43,234 bases of DNA from Armatimonadota bacterium (GTDB taxonomy: Bacteria > Armatimonadota > Hebobacteria > Hebobacterales > Hebobacteraceae). The notes beneath the pieces were generated by a model. The model made no database searches. It worked only from the letters and a program-made list of their open reading frames with translations, and was not told the origin of the DNA. Both the position numbers and the translations under genes were made by a program. Shown piece by piece: positions 1 to 9,414 of the stretch; position 1 is the stretch's first letter; every line of letters begins with the position of its first letter. The stretch is taken from the NCBI GenBank assembly GCA_015486155.1, contig WFSF01000029.1:1-43234 (forward strand). The letters are read 5' to 3'.

Positions 1-760
1 CCCCCACCACCACGGCCCCCACGTCCTCCGCGGAAGTCAGCCAGCCGCCGGCCCGCACCCACAACTCTTGATTTCCCTCTTGCAGGTCCCCCGCGGTGAT
101 CTCCTGGTTTGCGCTCTGCAATACCTGATAGACCATGCCGGCGGAGACGTTGTGGGCGGCCAGCGCCGCCGGGTTGAGCACCACCCTTATCTGACGCCTC
201 CGCCCGCCGATGATCTTCGCCTCGTTAACCTCCCGCACGCTGCGTATCTTGTCGCACAGGAACTGTGAGGCGATGCGCCTCAGCTCGAACGAATCATATC
301 CCTTCCCCCAAATGGTGAGCGCCAGCACCGGCACGTCGTAGATGGTGCGCAACCGCACCAGGGGCATGGTGGTGCCCGGCGGCATCATGTCCAGGTGGGA
401 GAACAGCTTGTGGTAGACCTTGACCAGGCTGTCCTCTTCATCTTGCCCCACGTAGAAGCGGACCGTCACCATGCCCTGGCCGGGCATGGAGGTGGAGTAT
501 ATGTACTCAACGCCCTTGATCTCCCACAGCAGCTTCTCCATCGGCTTGACCACGCGCTCCTCTACTTCTTTGGAGCGCGCGCCGGGCATGCCGACGAAGA
601 TGTCGATCATGGGCACGATGATCTGCGGTTCCTCCTCTCGGGGGAGGATGGTCACCGCGATGACGCCGGCCAGGATGGAGCCCAGGAGCAGAATGGGCGT
701 CAACTTGTTGGTGATGAAGGCGCGGGCGACGCGGCCGGCCGCCCCTAATGGACCGTTCAT
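1..760 (-). CDS. RND efflux permease (AcrB/CusA family), N-terminal part; runs off the window edge
   Basis: Manual translation from ATG 760: MNGPLGAAGRVARAFITNKLTPILLLGSILAGVIAVTILPREEEPQIIVPMIDIFVGMPGARSKEVEERVVKPMEK..., a typical RND TM1/PN1 start. ATGA overlap with the stop of the upstream MFP gene. Confidence 0.92.
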   Translation of the reverse strand, partial: MNGPLGAAGRVARAFITNKLTPILLLGSILAGVIAVTILPREEEPQIIVPMIDIFVGMPGARSKEVEERVVKPMEKLLWEIKGVEYIYSTSMPGQGMVTVRFYVGQDEEDSLVKVYHKLFSHLDMMPPGTTMPLVRLRTIYDVPVLALTIWGKGYDSFELRRIASQFLCDKIRSVREVNEAKIIGGRRRQIRVVLNPAALAAHNVSAGMVYQVLQSANQEITAGDLQEGNQELWVRAGGWLTSAEDVGAVVVG

Positions 761-1920
761 TTTGCGGCTCCCTCCCCTTGGACTGTCACCGGCTGCCCCT
801 CCCGCAGCCCGGACTGGCCGGAGACGATCACCGACTCATCTCCATTCAGGCCGGACAGGATCGCCACCAGGCCCTGAAACCGTTTTCCCGTCCTCACGAC
901 GCGCAGGCTGGCCCGTCCGTCCCTCGCCACCCATACGCCGGTCACCCCCTCATGGATGACGACCGCCTCTTCGGGCACCGCCATCGTCGTCTCCCCCTTG
1001 ACGGAGGGCAGTTGGATCCGCCCGAACATCCCGGATTTCAGCCCCTCTCGCCTGGGCAGGTCGCATTTCACCGTCACCGTGCGGGAGGCGGGGTCGGCCG
1101 CGGGCACGATCTCGGCTATCCGCGCGGGCAGAGCATCGCCGCCGAGCGCGTCCAGCACCGCCGTGACCTCCATGCCCTTCTTCAGCCCGACCGCATCGCT
1201 CTCGGGCACCGCGCAGGCCAGACGATAGCGCGAATCGTCGTCCACCACCAACAGCGGCATCCCCGGGCTGGCGAGGTCTCCGGGGTCGGCCAATCTCTGG
1301 GCGACGATGCCGGAAATCGGGGCCTTCACCACCGCATAGGAGAGCATCACCTTCGCGGATCTGACCGCGGCCTCGGCCTGCTCGATGGCTCCATTTGTCC
1401 GCTCCACCTGTGCCTTGGCCTGCTCCACGCCCTCGCGGCTGCTCACCAGCGCCAGCTTGGCGTGGTCCAGTTGCTGTTTGGGGATCACTTCCTGCTCGTA
1501 GAGGGCCTTCGCGCGGTCGTAGTCGGTCTTGACCGTTCGTTGATGCGCCTTGGCGGAAACCAGATTAGCCTCCGCCTGGCTGCGCGCCGCCTCGGCCTGC
1601 GCCAGCGCCGCCTCGGCCTGCGCCACCCCGGCCTTCAGATCCGCGTCGTCCAGACGCACCAACAGCTGCCCGCGATGAACCCGGTCTCCTTCCCGCACGT
1701 TCACCTGTTCCACCCGGGCCATGATCTTGGGCGCGATCTCCGCCCGGTAGATCGCCTCCACCGTTCCCGTCGCCTCCGCAGTGCTTGGGATCGCGATGGT
1801 GCTCACTTTTGCGACCTGGACCTGCGCCGGAGGCAGTTCCGTCGGGTTCTCCAGCGGCTGCACGCGGCCGCATCCCGCCACCAAGACGACCGCAGCCAGC
1901 ATCCCTAACCACACTCTCAT
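757..1920 (-). CDS. RND periplasmic adaptor (membrane fusion protein), lipoprotein
   Basis: Start moved to ATG 1920 (MRVWLGMLAAVVLVAGC lipobox, GGGAG upstream). Lipoyl half-motifs VNVREGDRVHRGQLL and VKAPISG flank a coiled-coil hairpin. Confidence 0.92.
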   Translation of the reverse strand: MRVWLGMLAAVVLVAGCGRVQPLENPTELPPAQVQVAKVSTIAIPSTAEATGTVEAIYRAEIAPKIMARVEQVNVREGDRVHRGQLLVRLDDADLKAGVAQAEAALAQAEAARSQAEANLVSAKAHQRTVKTDYDRAKALYEQEVIPKQQLDHAKLALVSSREGVEQAKAQVERTNGAIEQAEAAVRSAKVMLSYAVVKAPISGIVAQRLADPGDLASPGMPLLVVDDDSRYRLACAVPESDAVGLKKGMEVTAVLDALGGDALPARIAEIVPAADPASRTVTVKCDLPRREGLKSGMFGRIQLPSVKGETTMAVPEEAVVIHEGVTGVWVARDGRASLRVVRTGKRFQGLVAILSGLNGDESVIVSGQSGLREGQPVTVQGEGAAK

Positions 1921-2013
1921 GGCATTATCTCTCCCTGATTTCTCCTGCCAAGCTCGTTCACAGTGCGGCCTCATTTCCTCGGCCCGGACAGTTCCGGGCG
2001 CCGGCCAACACAA

Positions 2014-2031
2014 TATTCGAATCTATGCATA
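2014..2031. promoter_or_regulatory. Putative ArsR/SmtB operator upstream of the efflux genes
   Basis: TATTCGAATCTATGCATA, an AT-rich imperfect palindrome, 16/18 identical to 2992-3009. Confidence 0.6.
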
Positions 2032-2183
2032 TGATAGCGCACCGCGCTATCCGAATAAACCTGCCAATGGGAATTTTCCTTTACAACCCTCGCCCCTTGT
2101 CCCGCCCGCGACCGATTGTCCGCGCGGGCCCCCACACCGGCGCGCGGCCGCGCTCAAGGCGGATCTCCACCCCCGCCGGAGTT

Positions 2184-2384
2184 TCAGTCCTCCTCCCCGC
2201 TCATCTGGAAGATCAGGCACTGCGGACGAAAGCGGCAGTATCCCTCGGGGTGCGGACACTTTGCGCACTCGTCGCAGAAGTTCATGGAGAATTTCATGCA
2301 GTGCCAGCGCGCCGGCCGATCCGGATGGTTCACGCAGGTCGTCTGCGTCTTTTCCTTTTCCGCTGTCGATCCCGGGTTGCTCAA
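2184..2384 (-). CDS. Small Cys/His-rich, B-box-like zinc-binding protein
   Basis: 66 aa with CxxH...C...CxxCxxC...C...C; GGAGG upstream; co-oriented with its neighbours. Confidence 0.7.
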   Translation of the reverse strand: MSNPGSTAEKEKTQTTCVNHPDRPARWHCMKFSMNFCDECAKCPHPEGYCRFRPQCLIFQMSGEED

Positions 2385-2409
2385 GCGAATGGACCTCCGG
2401 TGGTATGCG

Positions 2410-2616
2410 CTACAGGTTGCACACCCCGCTCGTGCAAGTGGGACACGAACTCACCCCGTCGTCGTCCTTGCGGACGGAGGCGACCACGGACATCAACTTG
2501 CGCGTCGACCGCGATCCGCACTCAGGGCACTCCTGCGCCTCCTTGGCCTCTCGAAAGGAAACGAGTCTTTCGAACCGCTTGCCGCAATCTCGGCACTCAT
2601 ACTCGTAGACCGGCAT
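2410..2616 (-). CDS. FmdB-family zinc-ribbon protein
   Basis: MPVYEYECRDCGKRFE...CPECGS signature; AAGGAGG RBS before ATG 2616. Confidence 0.9.
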   Translation of the reverse strand: MPVYEYECRDCGKRFERLVSFREAKEAQECPECGSRSTRKLMSVVASVRKDDDGVSSCPTCTSGVCNL

Positions 2617-2666
2617 TCGTGTTCCTCCTTTTTTGTGAGAGACGGAGCCATTCCGCGCCGGGCGCG

Positions 2667-2966
2667 TCAGGCGGCCATCTGCTTGTCCGCAAGGCCCTCG
2701 ATGAGACTTCTCACCTGTCTCACCATGTTCGCAATCCGCTTGTCCGTGAGCTGATAGCACACGCGCTTTCCCTTGCGCACGGGCACCACCAAGCCTCGGT
2801 CACGGAGGATGGCCAGGTGCTGCGAGATGTTCGCCTGCCGGCAGTCGAGTTCATCCTCCATGTCCGATACACAGCACTCCCCGGAGGCTATCCGCTCGAT
2901 GATCCCCAGACGGGTCGGATGTCCCAGGGCCTTGAAGAACGCCGCGACGCGCATTTGGCTCATCAT
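2667..2966 (-). CDS. ArsR/SmtB family transcriptional repressor
   Basis: FFKALGHPTRLGII...ECCVSD...QANISQHLAILRDRGLV...RKGKRVCYQL. Start uncertain (2954-2981). Confidence 0.92.
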   Translation of the reverse strand: MMSQMRVAAFFKALGHPTRLGIIERIASGECCVSDMEDELDCRQANISQHLAILRDRGLVVPVRKGKRVCYQLTDKRIANMVRQVRSLIEGLADKQMAA

Positions 2967-2991
2967 CCTGATCCTGTCCAACTGGATATAC

Positions 2992-3033
2992 TATGCGAAT
3001 ATATGCATACCCTACATCGGGACCGCTTGTCAA
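2992..3033 (-). promoter_or_regulatory. arsR promoter region: -35 TTGACA plus palindromic operator
   Basis: TTGACA on the minus strand at 3033-3028; TATGCGAATATATGCATA at 2992-3009. The -10 element is ambiguous. Confidence 0.6.
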
Positions 3034-3141
3034 GGGGCTTTTCGGCGATTTGTCCAGCCGAAGGCCCCGGGATAAGACGCGGCCGGATCCCCATTCGCCC
3101 TTTCAATTCTGTCAAATGCCAGTCCCGCGCCCGGCGCGCGC

Positions 3142-4818
3142 CTACCGCGCGCCGGCTCTGACCCCGTATTGCATGTCGGGAGCGCCGCTCTGGTGGGCGC
3201 CCATGTCGGGGTGTTCGCTCCCATCACAGAAGTTCGGTATCCGGACGCCCGCCCGGTAGCCCAGACTCTTGGGGGAGAGCTGGAAGTTTCCCCGCATGGT
3301 CTTGCGGTCGAAGCCGAACCGGGGGCCGTAGGTGGGCGTTCCCTTCAGCCCGTGCGCCTCCTGCCCTTTCGGGTAGCTGCCGCTGCATAGGTCATAGTCG
3401 AAATCAATGTCGGAATTGCGGGAATTGACGGAGATGGAGCGATGGCCGGGGCGGACGTGCAATATGTTGTTGCGGGTCGTGCAGTGCCGGATCACCCTGC
3501 CATCCCAGTCCGGATTCGATCCCGTCCCCAGACCTCCGGCGCCCTCCCCGTTGGGCTGTAACACGGTGTTATTGAAGACGTACGTGTGGCCCGTCATCCA
3601 CGAAAAATCACCCGCCGCGCCCATCTTGATGAACGGCCCATACTGGCCGTAGATGCTCGTCGGAGGGCTGTAGCACCGTCCGGACACGTTCTGCCAGATG
3701 TAGAGGGGGCCGATCGAGTTGGCCGCGTTGGCGATGGGCCCGTAGACCTCTTCGAGGTAGTTGTTCCAGATGCGCACGTTCCGGTCCCCGCCCTCGGCCT
3801 CGATTCCGTCGTCCCAGTTGTTCGCCAGGTAGTTGCCGTAGATGTCCGAGTCCGCGCCCGGGAATCCCCGGTAGCTGCTGTTCCAGCCATAACCGAGGAT
3901 GTCGTTGAAGTAGTGGCCGGGGTGGGAGAAGATCTCGTTGTAGCGGATCACGTGGTTCCCCTCGCTCTCCTCGAAGGCGATTCCCTGCGGCCCCGACGGG
4001 TGGTACATGTCCGGGCTGTCCAGTGGCGTCCAGGTGGCGTTGATCGGATTCTTCTGGCCCCAGTTGTTGGCCCCGCTGCGCGGGTCGTGGATGCGGCAGC
4101 GCTGCACCACCACGCGTCTCAGGGCGTGAGAGGTGGAATAGACGCCGGCCTGATAGTCCACGCCGAAGCCGTACTTCGTCACTTCCCCCCACCCGCTGAT
4201 GTCACAGTCCTCGATCACCACGTCGTGACAGTCGTACAGCCTGATGCCGTACTTCTTCGCGTTCTTCAGGGTGAATCCCCGGATGATGATATAGTTGGCC
4301 CGCACCTCTATGCAGGAGTCGGCCTTGTCGTCCACGTCAATCGTCGCTCCCCTCCCGTCGATCAGCAGATACCCGTCGGGCTTTCCGGACTCGGTGAGAA
4401 TGAGCGCGGTGCTCCTGTCCCCCACCTTGACGGTCTTTCCCACCGGAAAATGTTCGCTCCAGGTGCTCGCGGAGAGCCGCGTGGTGGTCGCGGTGCCCTC
4501 CAGGGTGAGCTTGATCTCATACTTCGTCCCCGGCTTCAAGTTGACGATGCTGCCCCGGTAATCGGCCAGGTCCTCGTCCGTACCCTTGATCGGGTTGTAC
4601 TTCATGGGGAGCGCTTCCTTCCATTCCCGCGCGCCCTGTTTACGGTATGCGACCAGCACCCGCTTGTCTGCCCCTCCGCCGGGGGGAGACCAGTAGAGGC
4701 CGATGCACTCGAAGGTGGAGATCGCCTTGGGCTGAGCCGCCTGTGGAGGCGGGGAGGCCGCACACGAGGCGAACATCAAGGGAATTGCCATGAGGCACAA
4801 CAACCAGCGTGCTTTCAT
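3142..4818 (-). CDS. Secreted lipoprotein with an Fn3-like N-domain and right-handed parallel beta-helix (polysaccharide-lyase-like fold)
   Basis: Signal peptide ending FASC; NLKPGTKYEIKL Fn3-type motif; repeated IxxNxI turns (VIRYNEI, IYGNYL, IWNNYL, VFNNTV) and DDGIE. Confidence 0.8.
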   Translation of the reverse strand: MKARWLLCLMAIPLMFASCAASPPPQAAQPKAISTFECIGLYWSPPGGGADKRVLVAYRKQGAREWKEALPMKYNPIKGTDEDLADYRGSIVNLKPGTKYEIKLTLEGTATTTRLSASTWSEHFPVGKTVKVGDRSTALILTESGKPDGYLLIDGRGATIDVDDKADSCIEVRANYIIIRGFTLKNAKKYGIRLYDCHDVVIEDCDISGWGEVTKYGFGVDYQAGVYSTSHALRRVVVQRCRIHDPRSGANNWGQKNPINATWTPLDSPDMYHPSGPQGIAFEESEGNHVIRYNEIFSHPGHYFNDILGYGWNSSYRGFPGADSDIYGNYLANNWDDGIEAEGGDRNVRIWNNYLEEVYGPIANAANSIGPLYIWQNVSGRCYSPPTSIYGQYGPFIKMGAAGDFSWMTGHTYVFNNTVLQPNGEGAGGLGTGSNPDWDGRVIRHCTTRNNILHVRPGHRSISVNSRNSDIDFDYDLCSGSYPKGQEAHGLKGTPTYGPRFGFDRKTMRGNFQLSPKSLGYRAGVRIPNFCDGSEHPDMGAHQSGAPDMQYGVRAGAR

Positions 4819-4924
4819 CGCGTCTGCTCCTTTCGGCTGGGGTATCGCTCACCCGCGCCTGTATCTACATCCCCGCGGGTTTCTACGCCGAGGCGCCGCC
4901 GGAACCTTCTGCCGCGCGCCCCGA

Positions 4925-5734
4925 TTACGCTCCCTGATGCAGATACACGTCCGTCTGCGGAAACGGAATCGTGATATCGTTGGCGTCCAGGGCGACCTTG
5001 ATCGCCTCCAGCAGGCCGAAGTACACGTCCCAGTAGTCGGAGACGCGCGTCCAGGGCCGCACCGCCAGGTTCACGCTGCTGTCCGCCAACTCCAGTACGC
5101 CGATGGTGGGCGCGGGATCCTTCAGCACTCTCTCGTCGGCCGCCAGCACTTCCCCGATCACCTGCTTCGCCTTGGCCAGGTCGTCCTCATAGGAGACGCC
5201 GATCACCAGGTCCACCCGCCGCGTCCCCTTTGTGGAGTAGTTGGTGATGGTGCCGCCGGTCACCTGCGCATTGGGCACGATGACGGTCTTGTTGTCGGGG
5301 GTGGCGAGTTGGGTGGTGAAGATCTGCAGGGTTTCCACCACCCCGGCCGTCCCTGCGATCTCCACGAAATCCCCGACCTTGAAGGGGCGGAAAATGGCGA
5401 GCAGCACGCCGGAGGCGAAGTTCGCCAGCGAGCCCTGAAGCGCGAGCCCGATGGCCAGCGCGGCCGCGCCGATCACCGCCACGAAGGTCGTCACCTCCAC
5501 GCCGAGCTTCTGCAGCGCCGCCAGCAACACCCCTACCAGCAGAAGCGCGTAGGTCAGCGATCCCGCCAGCGACACCACCGTCTCGTCGGTATCCCGCCTT
5601 CTCAGTATGAACTCGACGCCGCGGGCGATGCGCTTCGCCAGCCACCGCCCCACCACGAAGATGGCGAGCGCGGCCAGCAGGCGAAGACCGTACACAGGCA
5701 GCAACTCCATCACCGAGCTCACGATTTTTTCCAT
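4925..5734 (-). CDS. mscS: Small-conductance mechanosensitive channel
   Basis: GAAALAIGLALQGSLANFASGVLLAIFRPFKVGD, IVPNAQV, NITIPFPQ. Start at ATG 5734 (MEKIV). Confidence 0.95.
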   Translation of the reverse strand: MEKIVSSVMELLPVYGLRLLAALAIFVVGRWLAKRIARGVEFILRRRDTDETVVSLAGSLTYALLLVGVLLAALQKLGVEVTTFVAVIGAAALAIGLALQGSLANFASGVLLAIFRPFKVGDFVEIAGTAGVVETLQIFTTQLATPDNKTVIVPNAQVTGGTITNYSTKGTRRVDLVIGVSYEDDLAKAKQVIGEVLAADERVLKDPAPTIGVLELADSSVNLAVRPWTRVSDYWDVYFGLLEAIKVALDANDITIPFPQTDVYLHQGA

Positions 5735-6007
5735 GGTTTCCGTTCTCCCCGTGCCAGAGGTGATTTCCGCGCAGCAGCCCGCCCCTCTACGCCGGCGCGC
5801 ATACTGGGCGTGATGCGTAGGGACGTACTTCTTTTGGCAGGGGAGGTCCACCTTGGCTCATATGGCGGCTTGGTGGACTTTTCGCTACATGCTCCCACGG
5901 CGGCCAGAGCGGCAGGAGATGCGGGGGATGGTCTGGAAACAGAGCAAACAAGTTGCAGTCAGGCGCGCGCTGGGGGGCGCGGGGCGACTGGCCCCGGGAG
6001 GTGGCAG

Positions 6008-8464
6008 ATGAACGTCAGGCGCTTCTTGGAGCACCGATTTCTCTGCTGGGGCATTGCCGCGTGGGTGGCGGCGTCCTGTCTTCCGGCCTCCGCGCAGGGA
6101 AACCTGGGCTTGAAGGTCCGGGTGGGCTTGGGCCGGGGCCCGTCCGAGTATCGCCAGAATCCGGTCTTCCTCACCCTGACCCCGCCGCCCGACCCGGGCA
6201 CCCCGGTGGCGATAACGGTGACGCTGCTCGCCTCCGAGTCCTCCCTGGCCGGGTGGTCTTCCTCAGATCCCTCCCGCGCGCGCATACCGCTCTCCCATTA
6301 TCGTTTCCAGCGCGCCTATCCGGGCCCGGACCAGGCGCTGGCCGTGCCCGTGCCGCTGAAGGAGGAGGTGCTCCGGCTGCGCGTCGCGGTGGAGACCGGG
6401 GACGGCCGCCGCGCGACCCGGACGGTGAACCGGCCCGAATTCGGGTGGCGCGTCACCCTGGTGCTCACCAGGCGGAGAGAGGCGCTCTCGTTTCTCGCAG
6501 ACATGCTCGGGGCCGTCATCGTCTCCGATCCGAAGGACCTGCCGGCCGACTGGCGGTGCTACCAAAGCGTGAGCACGCTGATGGTGGACGATTTCCGCCT
6601 GGACGAACTGCCGCCGGCCACTCTGGCTGCGCTCGAGAAGGCGGTCTCCTCCCACCTGGGGGTGCTGGTGACCGGGCCGGGGCTGGAGGCCAACGCGGGG
6701 GCTCGGCTGCTGGGCCCCCTGGCGAAGGTGGGGGCGCGCGGCTGGGGGCCTGCTTCGCCCCAGCCGGAGCTGGCGCAGTGGCTCTCGGCGTGGGTGGAGA
6801 ATGTGAATGACCTGCAGCCCCTCCCCCTGCTGCAGCTGGACAACGCGGAAGACATGACCCTGGTGCGCTCCGGCGGACAGCCGGCGGTGCTGCGCGTCCA
6901 GGGCGCGCGGGGATTCGTGGCGGCCTGCGCCTTCGACCCCGCCCGTCTCTCCTGGGACGACCCGAACGCCAGTTACAAGGCAAGAGCGAATGCCTGCGGC
7001 CACCTGCTTAACCTGGCGACACCGGGGCCCGGCGTTTCCGTGAGCCCGGCCCGCGTGGTGGAGAGCCTGGTGCCGCGGGAGGCGCAGATGAGCGGGATGA
7101 CGGTTCCCATCATCATCCTGCTCGGAATCTTCGCGCTCGCCCTGGGCCCGGTGAACTTCCTCGTCGTCCGGCGGGCCCGGAGGCGGGAATGGATGCTGGT
7201 GACGGTGCCGGTGATGGTGGCCGTCTTCCTGGCGGCGACCGTGATCGTCTCCCGCGCCTCCTTCGGGCGGGAGGACGTGTTCTCCACCCAGACGGCGATC
7301 CTCGCCTCCGCAGACCGGGACCAGGCCGTGGAGCTCACCCAGTTCGGCCGCCTCTCCCGCCGGCAGGAGCCGATCTCCTTCCTCCTGCCGGAGGGCGCGC
7401 TCGCGGCCGGGCCTCGCGAGCCGGCTGAAGAGAGATCCCCCACACAGCTGGAATTCCGGCCCCTTTCCTGGGATGAACCGGGGGACGGGACCCTGTCGCT
7501 CTCCAACGTCTGGCAACGCCCGCGGTCCATGCGTTTCTGCGGCGCGGAGCGAATCGTCGCGCTCCGCCCGCCGGTGGCGGAGGCCCACCTGGAGGGAGAC
7601 GAACTGGTGGGGAGTTTCACCAACACCTTCGATTACACCCTCGAAAACGCCGTCCTCATGGTCAAATGGCGTCACGCGGACCTCGGAAAGATCGCGCCGG
7701 GGGAGACCAAGACCTTCCGGGTGAAGCTGGGGACCCCCGAAAAATACACAAACCCGAACGAAACTCCCATTCAGTACCTGTGGCCCTCCGTCTGGATAGA
7801 AAGGCTGTCGGGCAAGAGTGTAACGCCTGACTCGCCTCCGCGCGAGTTGCAGTGGGTCATGGATGCTCTCCCCGGCCAGGACCTGGAGGCTCCCACGCTG
7901 CTCGCCTGGGGCGGGCCGCAGGCGCCGGCCGCCTCGCCCGGCGCGGCGCGGAGGGACATGAGGCTCACCGCCGTCCGCATTCCGGTGACTCCACTCCAGG
8001 GGGAGAGGGTGAAGATACCCGCGGGCATTGCCGTGCTCCTGCGCAACAGCGGCGGCGCCATGTTGCCGCTGAGCGCGTTTTCCAGCAACGAGCGGAATAA
8101 ACCCATCTATGTGTACCAGCTTCCCCTCGCCCCCGGCGAGCTCGCGGACTGCACGCTCACCGTTCACTTCCACGTGAGCTCCCCGCGCTGGCTGAAGGGG
8201 GCCACCGGTCCTCCGCTGAGCCTCTTAGACTGGCAGAAGAAGCGCTGGGAGAGAATCACGGACGGCGCGACGGGGACGGGCGAGCTGCGGCTGCGGCACG
8301 GGTCCCGGTTCGTGAAGGGGCCCGAGGGAGTGGTCGCGATCAGAGAGGATAAAGGGCAGGATCAAGATTACGCTTATCTGGGCTGTTCGGACCAGGGGTG
8401 TCCTTCAACCTCCTTCGGGAGCATCTCCTACCTGGACCTGAGCCTGGAAGGGAGGCGGCGATGA
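6008..8464 (+). CDS. Large exported/membrane protein of unknown function, ABC-transporter associated (~818 aa)
   Basis: ATG 6008 follows GGAGG. Signal peptide, LPADWRCYQSVSTL segment, TM pair with GPVNFLVVRRARRREWMLVTVP. ATGA overlap with the ABC ATPase. Confidence 0.75.
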   Translation: MNVRRFLEHRFLCWGIAAWVAASCLPASAQGNLGLKVRVGLGRGPSEYRQNPVFLTLTPPPDPGTPVAITVTLLASESSLAGWSSSDPSRARIPLSHYRFQRAYPGPDQALAVPVPLKEEVLRLRVAVETGDGRRATRTVNRPEFGWRVTLVLTRRREALSFLADMLGAVIVSDPKDLPADWRCYQSVSTLMVDDFRLDELPPATLAALEKAVSSHLGVLVTGPGLEANAGARLLGPLAKVGARGWGPASPQPELAQWLSAWVENVNDLQPLPLLQLDNAEDMTLVRSGGQPAVLRVQGARGFVAACAFDPARLSWDDPNASYKARANACGHLLNLATPGPGVSVSPARVVESLVPREAQMSGMTVPIIILLGIFALALGPVNFLVVRRARRREWMLVTVPVMVAVFLAATVIVSRASFGREDVFSTQTAILASADRDQAVELTQFGRLSRRQEPISFLLPEGALAAGPREPAEERSPTQLEFRPLSWDEPGDGTLSLSNVWQRPRSMRFCGAERIVALRPPVAEAHLEGDELVGSFTNTFDYTLENAVLMVKWRHADLGKIAPGETKTFRVKLGTPEKYTNPNETPIQYLWPSVWIERLSGKSVTPDSPPRELQWVMDALPGQDLEAPTLLAWGGPQAPAASPGAARRDMRLTAVRIPVTPLQGERVKIPAGIAVLLRNSGGAMLPLSAFSSNERNKPIYVYQLPLAPGELADCTLTVHFHVSSPRWLKGATGPPLSLLDWQKKRWERITDGATGTGELRLRHGSRFVKGPEGVVAIREDKGQDQDYAYLGCSDQGCPSTSFGSISYLDLSLEGRRR

Positions 8465-9405
8465 GCGCCCAGACCATCATTCGCACTGAGGGCCTGACCG
8501 TCCGCTACGGCTCCCTGACGGCGGTGGATTCGCTCGACCTGGACGTGCCTGAGGGCGCGGTCTACGGGCTGGTGGGCCCCAACGGCGCGGGCAAGACCAC
8601 CACCATGCGGGTGCTGGCCACCCTGCTGGAGCCGGACGAGGGCCGGGCCTGGGTCTGCGAGCACGAGGTGATCGCCTCCCCGCGGGAGGTGAGGCGGTCC
8701 ATCGGCTACATGCCGGACTTCTTCGGCGTCTACGACCACCTGTTCGTCTGGGAGTACCTGGAGCTCTTCGGCGAGCTCTACCGGCTCCCGCGGGGCAAAC
8801 TGAGCGAGCGCATCGGGGAGGTGCTGGCCGACTGCGACCTGGAGGTGAAGCGGGAGGCGATGGTGGGGGGACTGTCCCGGGGCATGAAGCAGCGGCTCTG
8901 CCTGGCGCGGGCGCTGCTGCCCGACCCACCCGTGCTCATCCTGGACGAGCCCGCCTCCGGGGTGGACCCCAAGGGGCGGTACGAGATCCGGCTGTTGCTG
9001 CGCCGCCTGAAGGAGCAGGGGAAGACCATTCTCATCTCCAGCCACATCCTGCTGGAGCTGGCCGAGATCTGCGACCACATCGGCATCATAGAGGCGGGAA
9101 AACTCCGCGCCTCCGGCTCGCTGGAGGAACTCGTCGCGGCCGCGGAGGCGGGCCGGCTGCTGCACCTGCGCCTGGTGGGGGGAGGCGCGGAGCGGGCGGC
9201 GGAGGTGTTGCAGGCCGTGGAGGGGGTGCGGGAGGCGACGGGCCGCGGGGACGCGCTCACCGTGCGCATCCCCGACCGGGACGAGGTCCAGGCCGAGGTC
9301 CTCGCCCGCCTGGTGGGGGAGGGGTTCCGCGTGGGATACGTATCCGAGGAGCACACCAACCTGGAGGCGATCTACCATCGGCTCACGCGGGGAGAACTCG
9401 CCTAG
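8461..9405 (+). CDS. ABC-2 type transporter ATP-binding protein
   Basis: Walker A GPNGAGKT, signature LSRGMKQR, Walker B LILDEP, H-loop SSH. Confidence 0.95.
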   Translation: MSAQTIIRTEGLTVRYGSLTAVDSLDLDVPEGAVYGLVGPNGAGKTTTMRVLATLLEPDEGRAWVCEHEVIASPREVRRSIGYMPDFFGVYDHLFVWEYLELFGELYRLPRGKLSERIGEVLADCDLEVKREAMVGGLSRGMKQRLCLARALLPDPPVLILDEPASGVDPKGRYEIRLLLRRLKEQGKTILISSHILLELAEICDHIGIIEAGKLRASGSLEELVAAAEAGRLLHLRLVGGGAERAAEVLQAVEGVREATGRGDALTVRIPDRDEVQAEVLARLVGEGFRVGYVSEEHTNLEAIYHRLTRGELA

Positions 9406-9414
9406 GAGGGCGCT

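Noticed and set aside
4790-6007. 5' extension making a 1224-aa ORF
   Set aside because: It is the antisense shadow of mscS; the RBS and signal peptide point to ATG 6008.
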